This document shows, in pieces, positions 9,528 to 18,369 of a DNA stretch of 49,318 bases (positions are counted from its first letter, which is position 1; the number at the start of each line of letters is the position of its first letter). A program made the translations under genes and the position numbers. The notes under the pieces are model-generated. The model saw only the letters and a program-made list of their open reading frames with translations, searched no databases and was not told the DNA's origin. The DNA lies in IMG/VR virus record IMGVR_UViG_3300023267_000045, positions 1-49,318 of that record. One strand, written 5' to 3'. Origin of the DNA: a virus (taxonomy: Duplodnaviria; Caudoviricetes).

Positions 9528-9872
9528 TCACTCGCGATCGACCCCGAGCGCGGCGTCCACCTCGTCGAGGCTGGCCTCCTCGGCTTGCTGGCCATCGCCG
9601 AGCAGCCGCCGCCACGTGCGCGAGTCCAGCGACAGCCCGAACAGGCGCACGGTGAACCACCGCCAGGTGCGCCGGTCCAGCTCGCCCGGCAGGGACAGGT
9701 CCACGCCGTACTCGCGGTGGATGTCCGCCTCGATCAGGTCCCAGCCTGCGAGGAAGTCCGACCAGCCGAGCGACGGGGCTTTGTAGTCGCGGAGGTCTTC
9801 CGGCTCGATGAACGCGGGGATGTCTTCCGCGCTTTCGACCCGGAACGGGCTGGGGGGCGAGCACCACCAGCC
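9528..9872 (-). CDS. Tail assembly chaperone second ORF, reached by -1 frameshift (absent from the ORF track)
   Basis: Open -1 frame with no early start: ...WDLIEADIHREYGVDL...TWRWFTVRLFGL...; slippery C CCC CCA at 9857-9851. Confidence 0.8.
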   Translation of the reverse strand, partial: GWWCSPPSPFRVESAEDIPAFIEPEDLRDYKAPSLGWSDFLAGWDLIEADIHREYGVDLSLPGELDRRTWRWFTVRLFGLSLDSRTWRRLLGDGQQAEEASLDEVDAALGVDRE

Positions 9873-10240
9873 TCACCCGTCCACGCGGCCAACGCCGCCT
9901 GCTCGCCAGCCATGTGCCACGTGAACAGGGTGAAGTACACCGCGTCGAACTCGTCGACCAGGATCCCGTCGGCCATCATGCGGTCCCACTGGTCGCCGAT
10001 CAGCGCACGCCTCATCTCCGACTCGGAGATGTTCTCCAGCGAGTCAGGCACCTTGGGCTCGGTGCCGGCTTCGACGGCGGTGACGATCGCGCGGGTCTGC
10101 TCGCGGGCCTCGGCGAGCGCCATTCCGAGCTTCATCGGGATGTTCTTCGAGAACCTGTAGACCTCGCTGCCAATAGGCAGCTCGAGGCGCGCACCCTCCA
10201 CTTCGGAGCGGAGCGCGCGGAGTTCGGGGAAGGTGGACAT
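9734..10240 (-). CDS. Tail assembly chaperone (gpG-like)
   Basis: Between major tail and tape measure; basic disordered C-terminus; GGAGG RBS. Confidence 0.85.
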   Translation of the reverse strand: MSTFPELRALRSEVEGARLELPIGSEVYRFSKNIPMKLGMALAEAREQTRAIVTAVEAGTEPKVPDSLENISESEMRRALIGDQWDRMMADGILVDEFDAVYFTLFTWHMAGEQAALAAWTGEAGGARPPARSGSKARKTSPRSSSRKTSATTKPRRSAGRTSSQAGT

Positions 10241-10260
10241 GCGGGGTCAGTCCTCCAGGA

Positions 10261-10725
10261 TCAGGGCGTGTAGGTGAACGGGCTGAGCTGGCCGGAGCCC
10301 TTGAGGGCGCACTTGAACGGCTCGGCCGCCTTGAGGTCCGCGCCGATGCCGTTCCAGTTGACGGTGACGCGGCCCTCGTAGCCCTTGTTGGTGTCCGTCC
10401 GGTACATGCGGACCTGGGTGTAGGCCTCCGGGCCGGTGAGCAGGCCCTTGGCCTTCAGGTGCGCCTGGCCGGGGTCGTCGATCTGGGCGTTGTCCGGGCC
10501 GGTGTAGCCGTCGAAGCCCTCGATGTTGACCGACCAGCCGCGGTGGGTGGTCGCCGAGTCGTCCCAGCCTCCGGAGTCGAAGTCCGACACGTCGACCTCG
10601 GTCTGCGTGATCGGCATTTCGATCTTCGACAGGCCCTTGACGACCACGTAGCTCGGCACGTCCTCCGAGCCGACGTTGACCAGCAGCCGGTTGAACCGGG
10701 CGATCCTCTTCTTGATGCCGCTCAC
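10261..10725 (-). CDS. Major tail tube protein
   Basis: DVSDFDSGGW...WSVNIEG...DDPGQ...LKGSG; GTG 10725 with GGAGG. Confidence 0.88.
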   Translation of the reverse strand: MSGIKKRIARFNRLLVNVGSEDVPSYVVVKGLSKIEMPITQTEVDVSDFDSGGWDDSATTHRGWSVNIEGFDGYTGPDNAQIDDPGQAHLKAKGLLTGPEAYTQVRMYRTDTNKGYEGRVTVNWNGIGADLKAAEPFKCALKGSGQLSPFTYTP

Positions 10726-11162
10726 GGCTGTGCCTCCAGGGCATGGGTCTGGATGGAGAACGACCAGACCGGCCGCCCCCCTGGGTCTTTCCCCTTGCGG
10801 GAGGGGGTGGCGTCCGCGTTGACGAACGCGATGTGCGCCTCGTGCTCGGTGCCCTCGGCCCACACGATCTGGCCGGTGTCCTTCACCGCACGCCGCAGGG
10901 CTTCCGCGCCGTCGAACCCGGCTTGCACCCCGGCGTCAGCGGCCGTGCGGCGCATGACCTCGAACTCGGGGTTCTCGTAGCCCGTGGTGTCCGTGGCCGG
11001 GAACCCAGGCAGGGTGCGGATCAGCACCAGATCGTCCGGTGCCGCGCTGGTCTCGCTCGGCATGTCCTCGACGTAGCAGCGCACCGCAGTACCGGGCCCG
11101 CCCGCTGGGTAGCGCACGAGCCCCAACGCGGCGAGATGCAACGCGAGAGCCTTCGACAGCAC
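10722..11162 (-). CDS. Tail terminator-like neck protein
   Basis: ALALHLAALGL, PDDLV, GKDPGGRPVWSFS; start set by the promoter motif at 11184. Confidence 0.75.
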   Translation of the reverse strand: MLSKALALHLAALGLVRYPAGGPGTAVRCYVEDMPSETSAAPDDLVLIRTLPGFPATDTTGYENPEFEVMRRTAADAGVQAGFDGAEALRRAVKDTGQIVWAEGTEHEAHIAFVNADATPSRKGKDPGGRPVWSFSIQTHALEAQP

Positions 11163-11185
11163 ACGGCCACCCTCGGGCGCGCGTG

Positions 11186-11527
11186 TCACCCGAGGTCTTC
11201 GACCGCCTTGCCGATGTGGTCGATGTACCGCTGCGCGTTCGTCCGCAGCGTCCCGCCGAGGTAGTGCGCCTGCCCCTGATCCTGGTGCGTCAGGTCCTCG
11301 CGCAGCTCCTGGTAGCGGGCGTACACGATGTCGTAGTTGACGATGCCCTCCGCGCCTGCGCCGGTGTCGCGGGTCTTCGCGTCGCCCGACCGCGACAGGT
11401 CGCCCTCCTGGTACGGCACGACCACGCGGGAGTCCGCGAGCAGTTGGTCGGTGGCCTCACGGGTGCGCTCGACGGTGCCCTCGCGGACCTTCACCTCGGC
11501 CGCCATCAGCACCGCGTCGAAGTCCAC
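11186..11527 (-). CDS. Neck / tail completion protein (HK97 gp10-like)
   Basis: VVPYQEGDLSRSG, YARYQE...H...GQAHYL motifs. Confidence 0.75.
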   Translation of the reverse strand: MDFDAVLMAAEVKVREGTVERTREATDQLLADSRVVVPYQEGDLSRSGDAKTRDTGAGAEGIVNYDIVYARYQELREDLTHQDQGQAHYLGGTLRTNAQRYIDHIGKAVEDLG

Positions 11528-11528
11528 G

Positions 11529-11849
11529 TCAGGCCGTCCAGACCTCGCGGTGCATGACCGACCCGTCCACCCACACCAGCTCGTCCACGTGCTCGACGCG
11601 CCGCTCGTCGCCGTCGACCACGAGCCGGTCACCGACCTTCACCTCTGGCAGCGCGGGCGTGAACACCATCGCGGTCAGCGTCACCACCCGCCCGTCGGCG
11701 GTCTGGATCTGCCGCGAGGTCTTCTCCACCCGGCACCCCGCCAGGGTGACCGGGTCGGCCCAGCGGGCGCCGTCGCCCGCGTCAGCGAGCTGCGCGCGAT
11801 GGCCGACGGTGTGCGGGCCGGGAATGAGGCCGCCGAGCAGGCTCACCAC
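11529..11849 (-). CDS. Head closure (stopper) protein
   Basis: 106-aa beta-rich protein in the neck cluster. Confidence 0.7.
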   Translation of the reverse strand: MVSLLGGLIPGPHTVGHRAQLADAGDGARWADPVTLAGCRVEKTSRQIQTADGRVVTLTAMVFTPALPEVKVGDRLVVDGDERRVEHVDELVWVDGSVMHREVWTA

Positions 11850-12307
11850 GACGCCACGCTCCCGCCGATCAGCCCGGCCGCCTGGAGCGCGTCGTACGCG
11901 GCGATCGGCACCGTGATCGCGGCCTCGCCGACCCGCGAGCCGCCGCTACCCTGCTTGCCGCCACCGGACACCGACAGCTTGCCCGCGGTGATGCTGCCGC
12001 CCCCGGCGATGACCGCCGCCGCACCCACCCCGCCGAGCGAGTCGACCGCCGCAGCGGCCTCGCGCCGGGCGCGAATGACCTCGCCGACCGCGACCACCAG
12101 GTGCCCGCGCTGCTCAAGGTCTTCGGCACGCTCGTCGTCGTCCAGCACCGGCCAGCGCACGATCTTCGCGCCGAGCGTCCGGCTGGCCGAGTCGATGAGC
12201 ATCTGCACCGGCCCATCCGCCTGCGGCAGCGCGGCCCAGGTGACGCCGAGCGCGTCCTGCTGCTCGGCCCACCAGTGGCGGACCTCGAGGACCGTAGCCC
12301 AGATCAT
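11843..12307 (-). CDS. Head-tail adaptor protein
   Basis: MIWATVLEV...LIDSASR...AYDALQAAGL; AGGAG RBS before ATG 12307. Confidence 0.7.
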   Translation of the reverse strand: MIWATVLEVRHWWAEQQDALGVTWAALPQADGPVQMLIDSASRTLGAKIVRWPVLDDDERAEDLEQRGHLVVAVGEVIRARREAAAAVDSLGGVGAAAVIAGGGSITAGKLSVSGGGKQGSGGSRVGEAAITVPIAAYDALQAAGLIGGSVASW

Positions 12308-12315
12308 GATCACTC

Positions 12316-14721
12316 CTACTGGAAGAACAGCAACAGGTTGCCGCTCGGCACGGGGATGTCCAGGCCGTACGCCGTCGCGACCGCGTTCCGGCCGCCGGTC
12401 GGCGCACCGACAGCGGGGTCGGCCGGCGCGGAGTCGATGCCGGGCTGCATCGCCCGCGGCGCGGCCGGGACGGCGCCGAGGTCGTAGAGCAGCGCGAGGT
12501 GCGCGTTCTGCCACGCGACGTTGATGACGCCCTGCGCGCCGTTCAACTCGCCCTTGGCCCAGCGGGAGCAGCCCCACCAGAACCGCCAGCTGCCGGTGTG
12601 GAACACCAGCGCGCCGGACGACCGCCGGTAGAGGGTCGCGGAGGCGGTGACCACGCCGGTTGTCAGGTCGTAGCGCGAGCCGTTCGCGTTGGTGCCCGCG
12701 GAGAAGCTGGCCTGCGTGTGCGCGTTGAGCAGCACGAGGTTCCCCGGCTGCCCGGCGGACCCGTCCGGCAGGTCCAGCTCGTCGCCGATGACGTCGACCG
12801 CGGTCGCGTACTCCTGCCCGGTGGTGAGCGCCTGCACCGGCGCGGAGTTCCGCCAGATCGGCAGGCCCTTCGCGGCCGCGGGCACCTTGGCCGTGCGGGC
12901 GACGATCGGCCCGGACACCCGGAACAGCTGGCCCAGCAACGCGTTCTCGCGGCGCACGTCCGCGTTGTTGACCTCGCCGGGCACGGTGCGCGAGTCCCGC
13001 CACGTGCCGGTGTAGGAGACCGGGTCGTAGCCGCTGCCCGTCCACCCCGCGCCGGTGTCCTTCGTCCCGGAGTCCTTGTAGCAGATCATCGTCCGGCGGC
13101 TCGTGTCCCCGGCTGCGAACCGTGTGTGCCACAGAGCGATGTTGCTGCCGTAGCAGAACAGGTTGGTGCCGCCGTCCACAACGGACTCGAACGCGTCGTA
13201 GATGCGGGTGGTCCAGTACTCGGCGTGCCCGAGCATTACCACCAGCGCCGCGCCGTCCAGCGCGGTCGGGTCGAGTTCGAGGTCCACGTCGGACAGGTAG
13301 GTCAGGTCGTAGCCCTGGGCCTCGGCCCAGCAGATCCACGGCTGGTCAGCGTCGAACAGGTAGCTGTTCGGGTTGCCGCTCTGGGTGCTGTACGGGCGGT
13401 CGAAGCTGACGGCGTACGCGCGGTGCGCGAGGTTCGGTGCTGCGCCGTCCGTGCCGATCCGGTAGAGGCTGCGGCCGGTGATGACGTCGCCGAACCCGCC
13501 GCGGTCCGTGGTCGCGCCCCAGGCGTTGTAGGCCTGGTAGGTGCAGTCGGGGAGCACGACGGCGACCTTGCCCGCGACGCTGCCGCGCACGACGAAGTGA
13601 CCGGAGGAGAACTTCGACGGGTCGTCGGTGCGCCGGTACAGCACGTAGTAGACGCCCGACGTCGCGTCCGCGGGCACGGTCCACGTCGCGTTCGTGGTCC
13701 ACGCGCACGACGTCGACCCGTAGGTGCCGTGCACCGTCGGCGCGGGCTGCACGACCGGCGTGCCCGCGACGTGCGCTCCGTTGCCGACGACGTTGCGCGC
13801 GGCGAGGGTCTCCCAGCCGTAGTAGCCGAGCCGGTACACCTCCACCCGGAACGCGTTGTTCGTGGAGTCGACCTTGAAGTTCACGGTGTCGCCGGGCGCG
13901 TACGACTGCTTGTCGGTGTAGCCGTACACCGTGCCCGTGCTGGCCGCCGCGCCGCCGAACCAGTTGCCGTTGTGCGTGCCGGGCAACGAGTTCTCGCGCA
14001 CGGTCGCGGTGACCGCGGGGTTGATCGGGGTGGCGTTGCCGTTCGCGTACAGCACCGCCGTCGCGAACGCTGCGCTGCCGGGGTTCACGAACTGCGACGT
14101 CAGGGTGTGCACGCCCGCGCTGGCGGTTGCCGGGTAGCGGGTCGTGGTGGACACGTCGGCCGCGCCGACCGCCCACACCAGCTCGGTGTCGCTGCCCGGC
14201 TGGTTCGCGCCGTGCTGGAGCAACCGGCCGTAGGGCCCGAGGTTGCGCCACTGGTTGACCCCGTTGAACGGGCGGGACGCCGCGGTAGCTGCGATGGACC
14301 ACAGCCCGAACGCCACCCCGAGCCCCGAGGAGATGGTGAGCGCCGCGCCGGGCGCGATCCGGTAGTCGGACGCGGCCGCCGGGGTCGCCCCGGCAGCGGT
14401 GTTCGCGACGCCGAGGTACGCGCCGAGGTTGGCCACCTCGACGATGCAGCCGCCGATGTTGTCCGCGCCGTTCAGCGTGAACGCGACGCTGGTCTCGCCG
14501 CCGACCGCGACCCTGTCCGAGATCGACACGTCCTGGGCGTTGCCACCCTGGTAGGTGGTGCGCTTCGTGAACCCCGCCCCAGCAGCGGACAGGATCGCGC
14601 CGCCCGCCGAGTGGAGGACGAGCGTGTTCCCGGCCTGCGCGGGCTGTACGAGCGTGATGGTGCCGGACGTGCCTGCCGACTTTAGGTGCGTGAACGGGGT
14701 CCGCGCGACGACGGTCGCCAC
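12316..14721 (-). CDS. Protein with N,N-dimethylformamidase large-subunit-like (DUF6605) domain and beta-rich N-terminus
   Basis: GYTDKQSYAPGD, VYRLGYYG, TYQAYNAWG, SLY, VSFDRPY, GHAEYWT, YKDS, TGTWRD, ENALLG. Confidence 0.85.
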   Translation of the reverse strand: MATVVARTPFTHLKSAGTSGTITLVQPAQAGNTLVLHSAGGAILSAAGAGFTKRTTYQGGNAQDVSISDRVAVGGETSVAFTLNGADNIGGCIVEVANLGAYLGVANTAAGATPAAASDYRIAPGAALTISSGLGVAFGLWSIAATAASRPFNGVNQWRNLGPYGRLLQHGANQPGSDTELVWAVGAADVSTTTRYPATASAGVHTLTSQFVNPGSAAFATAVLYANGNATPINPAVTATVRENSLPGTHNGNWFGGAAASTGTVYGYTDKQSYAPGDTVNFKVDSTNNAFRVEVYRLGYYGWETLAARNVVGNGAHVAGTPVVQPAPTVHGTYGSTSCAWTTNATWTVPADATSGVYYVLYRRTDDPSKFSSGHFVVRGSVAGKVAVVLPDCTYQAYNAWGATTDRGGFGDVITGRSLYRIGTDGAAPNLAHRAYAVSFDRPYSTQSGNPNSYLFDADQPWICWAEAQGYDLTYLSDVDLELDPTALDGAALVVMLGHAEYWTTRIYDAFESVVDGGTNLFCYGSNIALWHTRFAAGDTSRRTMICYKDSGTKDTGAGWTGSGYDPVSYTGTWRDSRTVPGEVNNADVRRENALLGQLFRVSGPIVARTAKVPAAAKGLPIWRNSAPVQALTTGQEYATAVDVIGDELDLPDGSAGQPGNLVLLNAHTQASFSAGTNANGSRYDLTTGVVTASATLYRRSSGALVFHTGSWRFWWGCSRWAKGELNGAQGVINVAWQNAHLALLYDLGAVPAAPRAMQPGIDSAPADPAVGAPTGGRNAVATAYGLDIPVPSGNLLLFFQ

Positions 14722-14722
14722 G

Positions 14723-15574
14723 TCAGTAGCCCTTCGCCAGCGCGATGACCCGCCACACGTCCGCGTTCGCGTCGTACTGCGCGCCCAGGATGTCCATCTT
14801 TCCGCCGGTCGCCGAGAGGGCGATGGTGGAGATGTCGTCGCCGAGCCGGAACTTGGCGCCCAGCGTCAGCGTGCGCCCGCCGGTCGGGTCCTGGGTGATC
14901 TCCCACTGGACGCGCTGCCCGTCGAACCCGCTGGTCGGGTTGCCGAGGGTGCGGTTGCCCTGGAGAGTCACCCGGAACAGGCTGCTCGCGCTGGCGTCGG
15001 TGACGATCGTGGCCGCGTCGGCCAGGTCCACCGGCGGCTTCTGCGGCTGCCAGCCGAGCGGCAGGTACCGGTTGTCGCCTGCGGTCTGGGTGAGCGCGCC
15101 GACGTGCGCCGCGGTCAGGGTGACCGCGCCGCTGCCGTTGGGCTGCTGGCCGTTGACGGACTGGACGAGGATCGTGCCGCCGCCCTCGACCGGTGTGACC
15201 GGCGCGAGGTCGGCGAGGTCCACCGGCGACGTCTCGGTGGGCAAGCTGATCGAGTACTCCCGCACAGGGAAACCCTCGATGTCGATCACGACGTCGTAGA
15301 CGAACCCCTCGGGGTTGCTGTCGGGGTCGTTCGTCGCGGGCAGCTTCACGCCGAGCCCGCCGGTACCAACGGCACCAGCGGGCCCGACGAGCTTGCCATC
15401 GGCGTTGATCGTGCACGGCACGTCGCCCGGCACGAGCAACACGTTGGCGGAAGCGTTCTTCAGCCACGGGTCGCCGGACGGCCGGAAGGTGACGGTGCCG
15501 ATGACGGGCGCGCCCGTGAAGGACAGGAATTGGGCGGTGACCTCGACGAGGTCCACGTTGCCCGGCATCGGCAT
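14723..15574 (-). CDS. Putative virion fibre/structural protein
   Basis: LPATNDPD, VDLADLAPV, VQSVNGQ..GAVTLTAAHVGA linker, FRVTLQGNRTLGNPT...QDPTGGRTLT domain. Confidence 0.7.
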   Translation of the reverse strand: MPMPGNVDLVEVTAQFLSFTGAPVIGTVTFRPSGDPWLKNASANVLLVPGDVPCTINADGKLVGPAGAVGTGGLGVKLPATNDPDSNPEGFVYDVVIDIEGFPVREYSISLPTETSPVDLADLAPVTPVEGGGTILVQSVNGQQPNGSGAVTLTAAHVGALTQTAGDNRYLPLGWQPQKPPVDLADAATIVTDASASSLFRVTLQGNRTLGNPTSGFDGQRVQWEITQDPTGGRTLTLGAKFRLGDDISTIALSATGGKMDILGAQYDANADVWRVIALAKGY

Positions 15575-15577
15575 CGG

Positions 15578-15907
15578 TCAGCCCTCGATCGTCTTGACGC
15601 GGTTGGGGATCACGTACACGCCCGCCGACGTGAGCACGGCCAGCAGCACCGTCAGCCCCTCGGCCTGGGTGACGCCGCCGACGAGCACGACCTCCAGCGC
15701 CCCAGCACCGACGACGAGGGCATTGACCCACGTCTTCGCGGTGTTGAGGAACGGCGTGTTCGGCACGATCCACGTGCCGAAGCTGGCGAGCAGCAGCGCG
15801 GAGACGACCACCCAGTCCTGCACGGACATGCCGCCGTCGGCGACAGCGGTCTGAAGCGCGATGGCAGCGGTCCCGAGGAGGGACCAGATCAGCTTGTTGA
15901 TGGTCAC
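15578..15907 (-). CDS. Holin-like multi-TM protein
   Basis: About four hydrophobic helices; coupled to the endolysin stop. Confidence 0.75.
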   Translation of the reverse strand: MTINKLIWSLLGTAAIALQTAVADGGMSVQDWVVVSALLLASFGTWIVPNTPFLNTAKTWVNALVVGAGALEVVLVGGVTQAEGLTVLLAVLTSAGVYVIPNRVKTIEG

Positions 15908-16932
15908 TGGCCGTGCTCCTCTGCTTCGAGCTTGCCGAGGTCGGCGTTGGCCCGCAGGCGGTCCCGCCGGTCGTTCTCGTTGGCGATGGCTCGCACGAGC
16001 GCGGCGAACTGGTCGTCCGGGATCCGGCCCAGCTGCGAGTTGAGGCCCTGCGCGAGCAGCTGCCGCGCCAGCTCTGCCTCGTCGACCGGGTCCCGGCCGA
16101 GCAAGGCGTCGAGCTTGATGCCGTTCGCGACCGCGGTGTCAGCGGCGCGCCACGCGGCCTTGTTGCCGAAGCTGACGACCTCCTCGAACGGGGCTTCCGG
16201 ACGCTGGTCCGGATCACCCTCGTCCGGGTGCAGCTTGATCGGCATCTTCTTGAGGTCGTCCAAGCTCGGCATGTCGCCGTCCTCGTTTCCGCCACCCAGC
16301 AGGGCAGCAAGTTCTGTGCGGGTACCAGGGAAGAAGTTCAGGTCGACGTTGCTGCCGTAGCCCGAGAGCCGGCCGGTGCCGGTGAACTGGAGGATGCTGA
16401 CCGGGATGCCGCCGCGGTTGTCGTTCCACACGTAGCCGGGCACGCGAGACAGCGCGTCGTCGAACGAGCGCGGGTCGCTGTCGGCGTACCAGGACTTCCA
16501 GTGCCCGCCGACCCCGGACTTCAGCGGCGATAGGTCGGGGGAGCCGACCCTCTGCCAGTAGAAGTTCGGGAAGTAGACGAGCGGCGTGCGCTGACCAGCA
16601 GCCCACAGCCGCTGGTGCGCCGCGTAGGTCTCCGCCCAGCCGCCCGACCCCTCTTCGACGTCCACGATCGAGGCGCCGTAGCGGTCGCCCACGACGCTGA
16701 GGTGCACGTCGATGGTCTGCGCCCAGTTCGGCCGCAGGTACACGTACGGCAGCACGATCGCGCCCGCGCGCTCGGCGGCGTCCGCCTGCGCGTGGAAGTG
16801 GACGTTCACGAAGGTGCCGTCGTTCGTGAGGATGAACACGAACTCGATGTCGTTCTCGCGCACCACCCGCTCGACGTCCATCGCCGACTGGTGGTTCGAG
16901 ATGTCGATGCCACGGAGACCCAAGGGGCTCAC
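15904..16932 (-). CDS. Endolysin, GH25 muramidase
   Basis: GIDISNHQ, IVDVEE (DxE), LQFTGTG...VDLN. Confidence 0.92.
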   Translation of the reverse strand: MSPLGLRGIDISNHQSAMDVERVVRENDIEFVFILTNDGTFVNVHFHAQADAAERAGAIVLPYVYLRPNWAQTIDVHLSVVGDRYGASIVDVEEGSGGWAETYAAHQRLWAAGQRTPLVYFPNFYWQRVGSPDLSPLKSGVGGHWKSWYADSDPRSFDDALSRVPGYVWNDNRGGIPVSILQFTGTGRLSGYGSNVDLNFFPGTRTELAALLGGGNEDGDMPSLDDLKKMPIKLHPDEGDPDQRPEAPFEEVVSFGNKAAWRAADTAVANGIKLDALLGRDPVDEAELARQLLAQGLNSQLGRIPDDQFAALVRAIANENDRRDRLRANADLGKLEAEEHGQ

Positions 16933-16961
16933 CCGCCGCAGACGTTCGGGGAAGTGGTCAC
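16929..16961 (-). CDS. Putative leaderless 10-aa uORF (MTTSPNVCGG) coupled to the endolysin
   Basis: GTG at the predicted +1 of the motif promoter; its TGA overlaps the endolysin GTG (GTGA). Confidence 0.45.
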   Translation of the reverse strand: MTTSPNVCGG

Positions 16962-16984
16962 CCGGTTACCGTCGCGGCGGGGTG

Positions 16985-17362
16985 TTACCCCTGCTGCTGC
17001 GCGATGTGCTCGTTCAACGTGTTCGTGATCCGGTCCACCTGGTCCCGCAACGACGAGCCGCTGTTCGGGTGCAGCTCGTGATCGATCGCGTCCAGCTTCA
17101 CCGCGGTCTCGTCCAGCTTCCCCGCGGTCGCCGCGCCCTCAGCCTCGATCGTCGCCAACCGCTTCATCACGCCCGGCCGCTCCGGCACCCCGGCCTCCGG
17201 CCTTCCGGGCTCCCCGCGCCAGTCCTCCAGGAACTCCCGGATCCCGCGCCACACCGGCCGGATCGTCTTCCACACCTTCGTGAAGACGCCCACGATCGCC
17301 AGCAGCCCGCCGACCACCGTCAGGATCTGGCCCAGGTTGAGCGTCGTGAACCAGCTTGGCAT
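16985..17362 (-). CDS. Single-TM lysis-associated membrane protein
   Basis: N-terminal TM; FLEDWRGEP..R..PGVMKRL, ELHPNSGSSLRDQVDRI typical of actinophage lysis-cassette proteins. Confidence 0.75.
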   Translation of the reverse strand: MPSWFTTLNLGQILTVVGGLLAIVGVFTKVWKTIRPVWRGIREFLEDWRGEPGRPEAGVPERPGVMKRLATIEAEGAATAGKLDETAVKLDAIDHELHPNSGSSLRDQVDRITNTLNEHIAQQQG

Positions 17363-17519
17363 CGTCTTTCACGTCCTCAGTTAGGAGGACCCGAGGAAGC
17401 CCGAGCGCGGGCACTTCGACATGACCGAGCCGCACGTACACGCCCTCCAGCTCACTGCCGGGATCAGCCCACAGCTTGTGGGTGTCCGGCAGATCGAATC
17501 GCTGCGCGTACCACGGCAT
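17139..17519 (-). CDS. Hypothetical protein; only the first ~50 codons look credible
   Basis: Strong GGGGAGG RBS and motif-like promoter; 3' part overlaps the next gene by over 200 bp. Confidence 0.4.
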   Translation of the reverse strand: MPWYAQRFDLPDTHKLWADPGSELEGVYVRLGHVEVPALGLPRVLLTEDVKDDAKLVHDAQPGPDPDGGRRAAGDRGRLHEGVEDDPAGVARDPGVPGGLARGARKAGGRGAGAAGRDEAVGDDRG

Positions 17520-17552
17520 CAGGTTGTCCTCCCCAGATCCATGATGGCAGGT

Positions 17553-17616
17553 GGATGTCCTCGGGGCCCGCGCCCACCTTCCCCGCAGTCGGTCGAGACC
17601 GACCCCGAGGACATCC
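17553..17616. terminator. 14-bp inverted repeat after the capsid operon
   Basis: GGATGTCCTCGGGG...CCCCGAGGACATCC immediately after the stop at 17620. Confidence 0.55.
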
Positions 17617-17619
17617 GGT

Positions 17620-17991
17620 CTACTCGGCGAGCTTCGCCTCGATCGCCGCGGCCAGCTCGACCGGCGACAGTTCGCCCGCGTCGATGTCCAGCTCGTCGGC
17701 CTGCGCGCGCAGCTCGGCCACCCGCTCGTCGATCCGGGCGGTCAGCTCGTCCTTCGTGCCGTCCGTGGACAGCCCGAGCGCCTCAGCGTCGACCTGAAGC
17801 TGCTCCTTCGGCGTGAGCCGCTTCGGCTCCGCATCCGGATCGAACGGCGTCAGGTCGTCCACGCCGGTGACGCGCGCCAGCACGCCGGACTCGACCTGCT
17901 TGGCCAGCTCGTCGGACAGGGGCAGGTCCATCGTCCAGACCTTGCCGCCCTCGCCCTTGAAGAACCCCTGCTCGGCCACCACGGTCAGCAC
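17620..17991 (-). CDS. Acidic protein with SAP/HeH-like helix pair
   Basis: KEQLQVDAEALGLSTDGTKDELTARI; follows the capsid genes. Confidence 0.7.
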   Translation of the reverse strand: MLTVVAEQGFFKGEGGKVWTMDLPLSDELAKQVESGVLARVTGVDDLTPFDPDAEPKRLTPKEQLQVDAEALGLSTDGTKDELTARIDERVAELRAQADELDIDAGELSPVELAAAIEAKLAE

Positions 17992-18353
17992 GCCTTCGGC
18001 AGCTTGAACGCCGTGGTCGTGCCGGTGTGGCCCGACGCGTAGTCGACGTAGAGCGACCCGTCGGCCTGCATGAACCGGCCGGACTCGAACGGGCCCGCGA
18101 TGAACACGCCCGTCGTCGCCGGGACCGTGAACGTCAGGTCACCGAGGCCCTTCGCCAGCGCGGGCGGGTAGGCACCTGCCTTGACCGTGACGACCTTGTC
18201 GGCGCCCGCAGTGTTCGTGATCCGCAGCAGGGTGCGCTCGAACTCGGCGTGCGCGATGGCGTGGCCGTTGGCCACGTCCACCGCGGTACCGGCGGGCTGG
18301 GTGATGGCGGCGTTACCCGCCAGGACGGTGTACGGAAGCGCTGTGCGCGCCAT
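17985..18353 (-). CDS. Putative capsid-associated (decoration-like) protein
   Basis: Beta-rich 122 aa directly after the major capsid gene; AGGAGG RBS; paralogue of 20109..20450. Confidence 0.7.
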   Translation of the reverse strand: MARTALPYTVLAGNAAITQPAGTAVDVANGHAIAHAEFERTLLRITNTAGADKVVTVKAGAYPPALAKGLGDLTFTVPATTGVFIAGPFESGRFMQADGSLYVDYASGHTGTTTAFKLPKAC

Positions 18354-18369
18354 GATCGTGACCTCCTGG

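Noticed and set aside
9508-9876. 122-aa ORF from the track as the second chaperone
   Set aside because: Wrong frame (Arg/Pro-rich); the credible chaperone sequence is in the frame ending at 9528.
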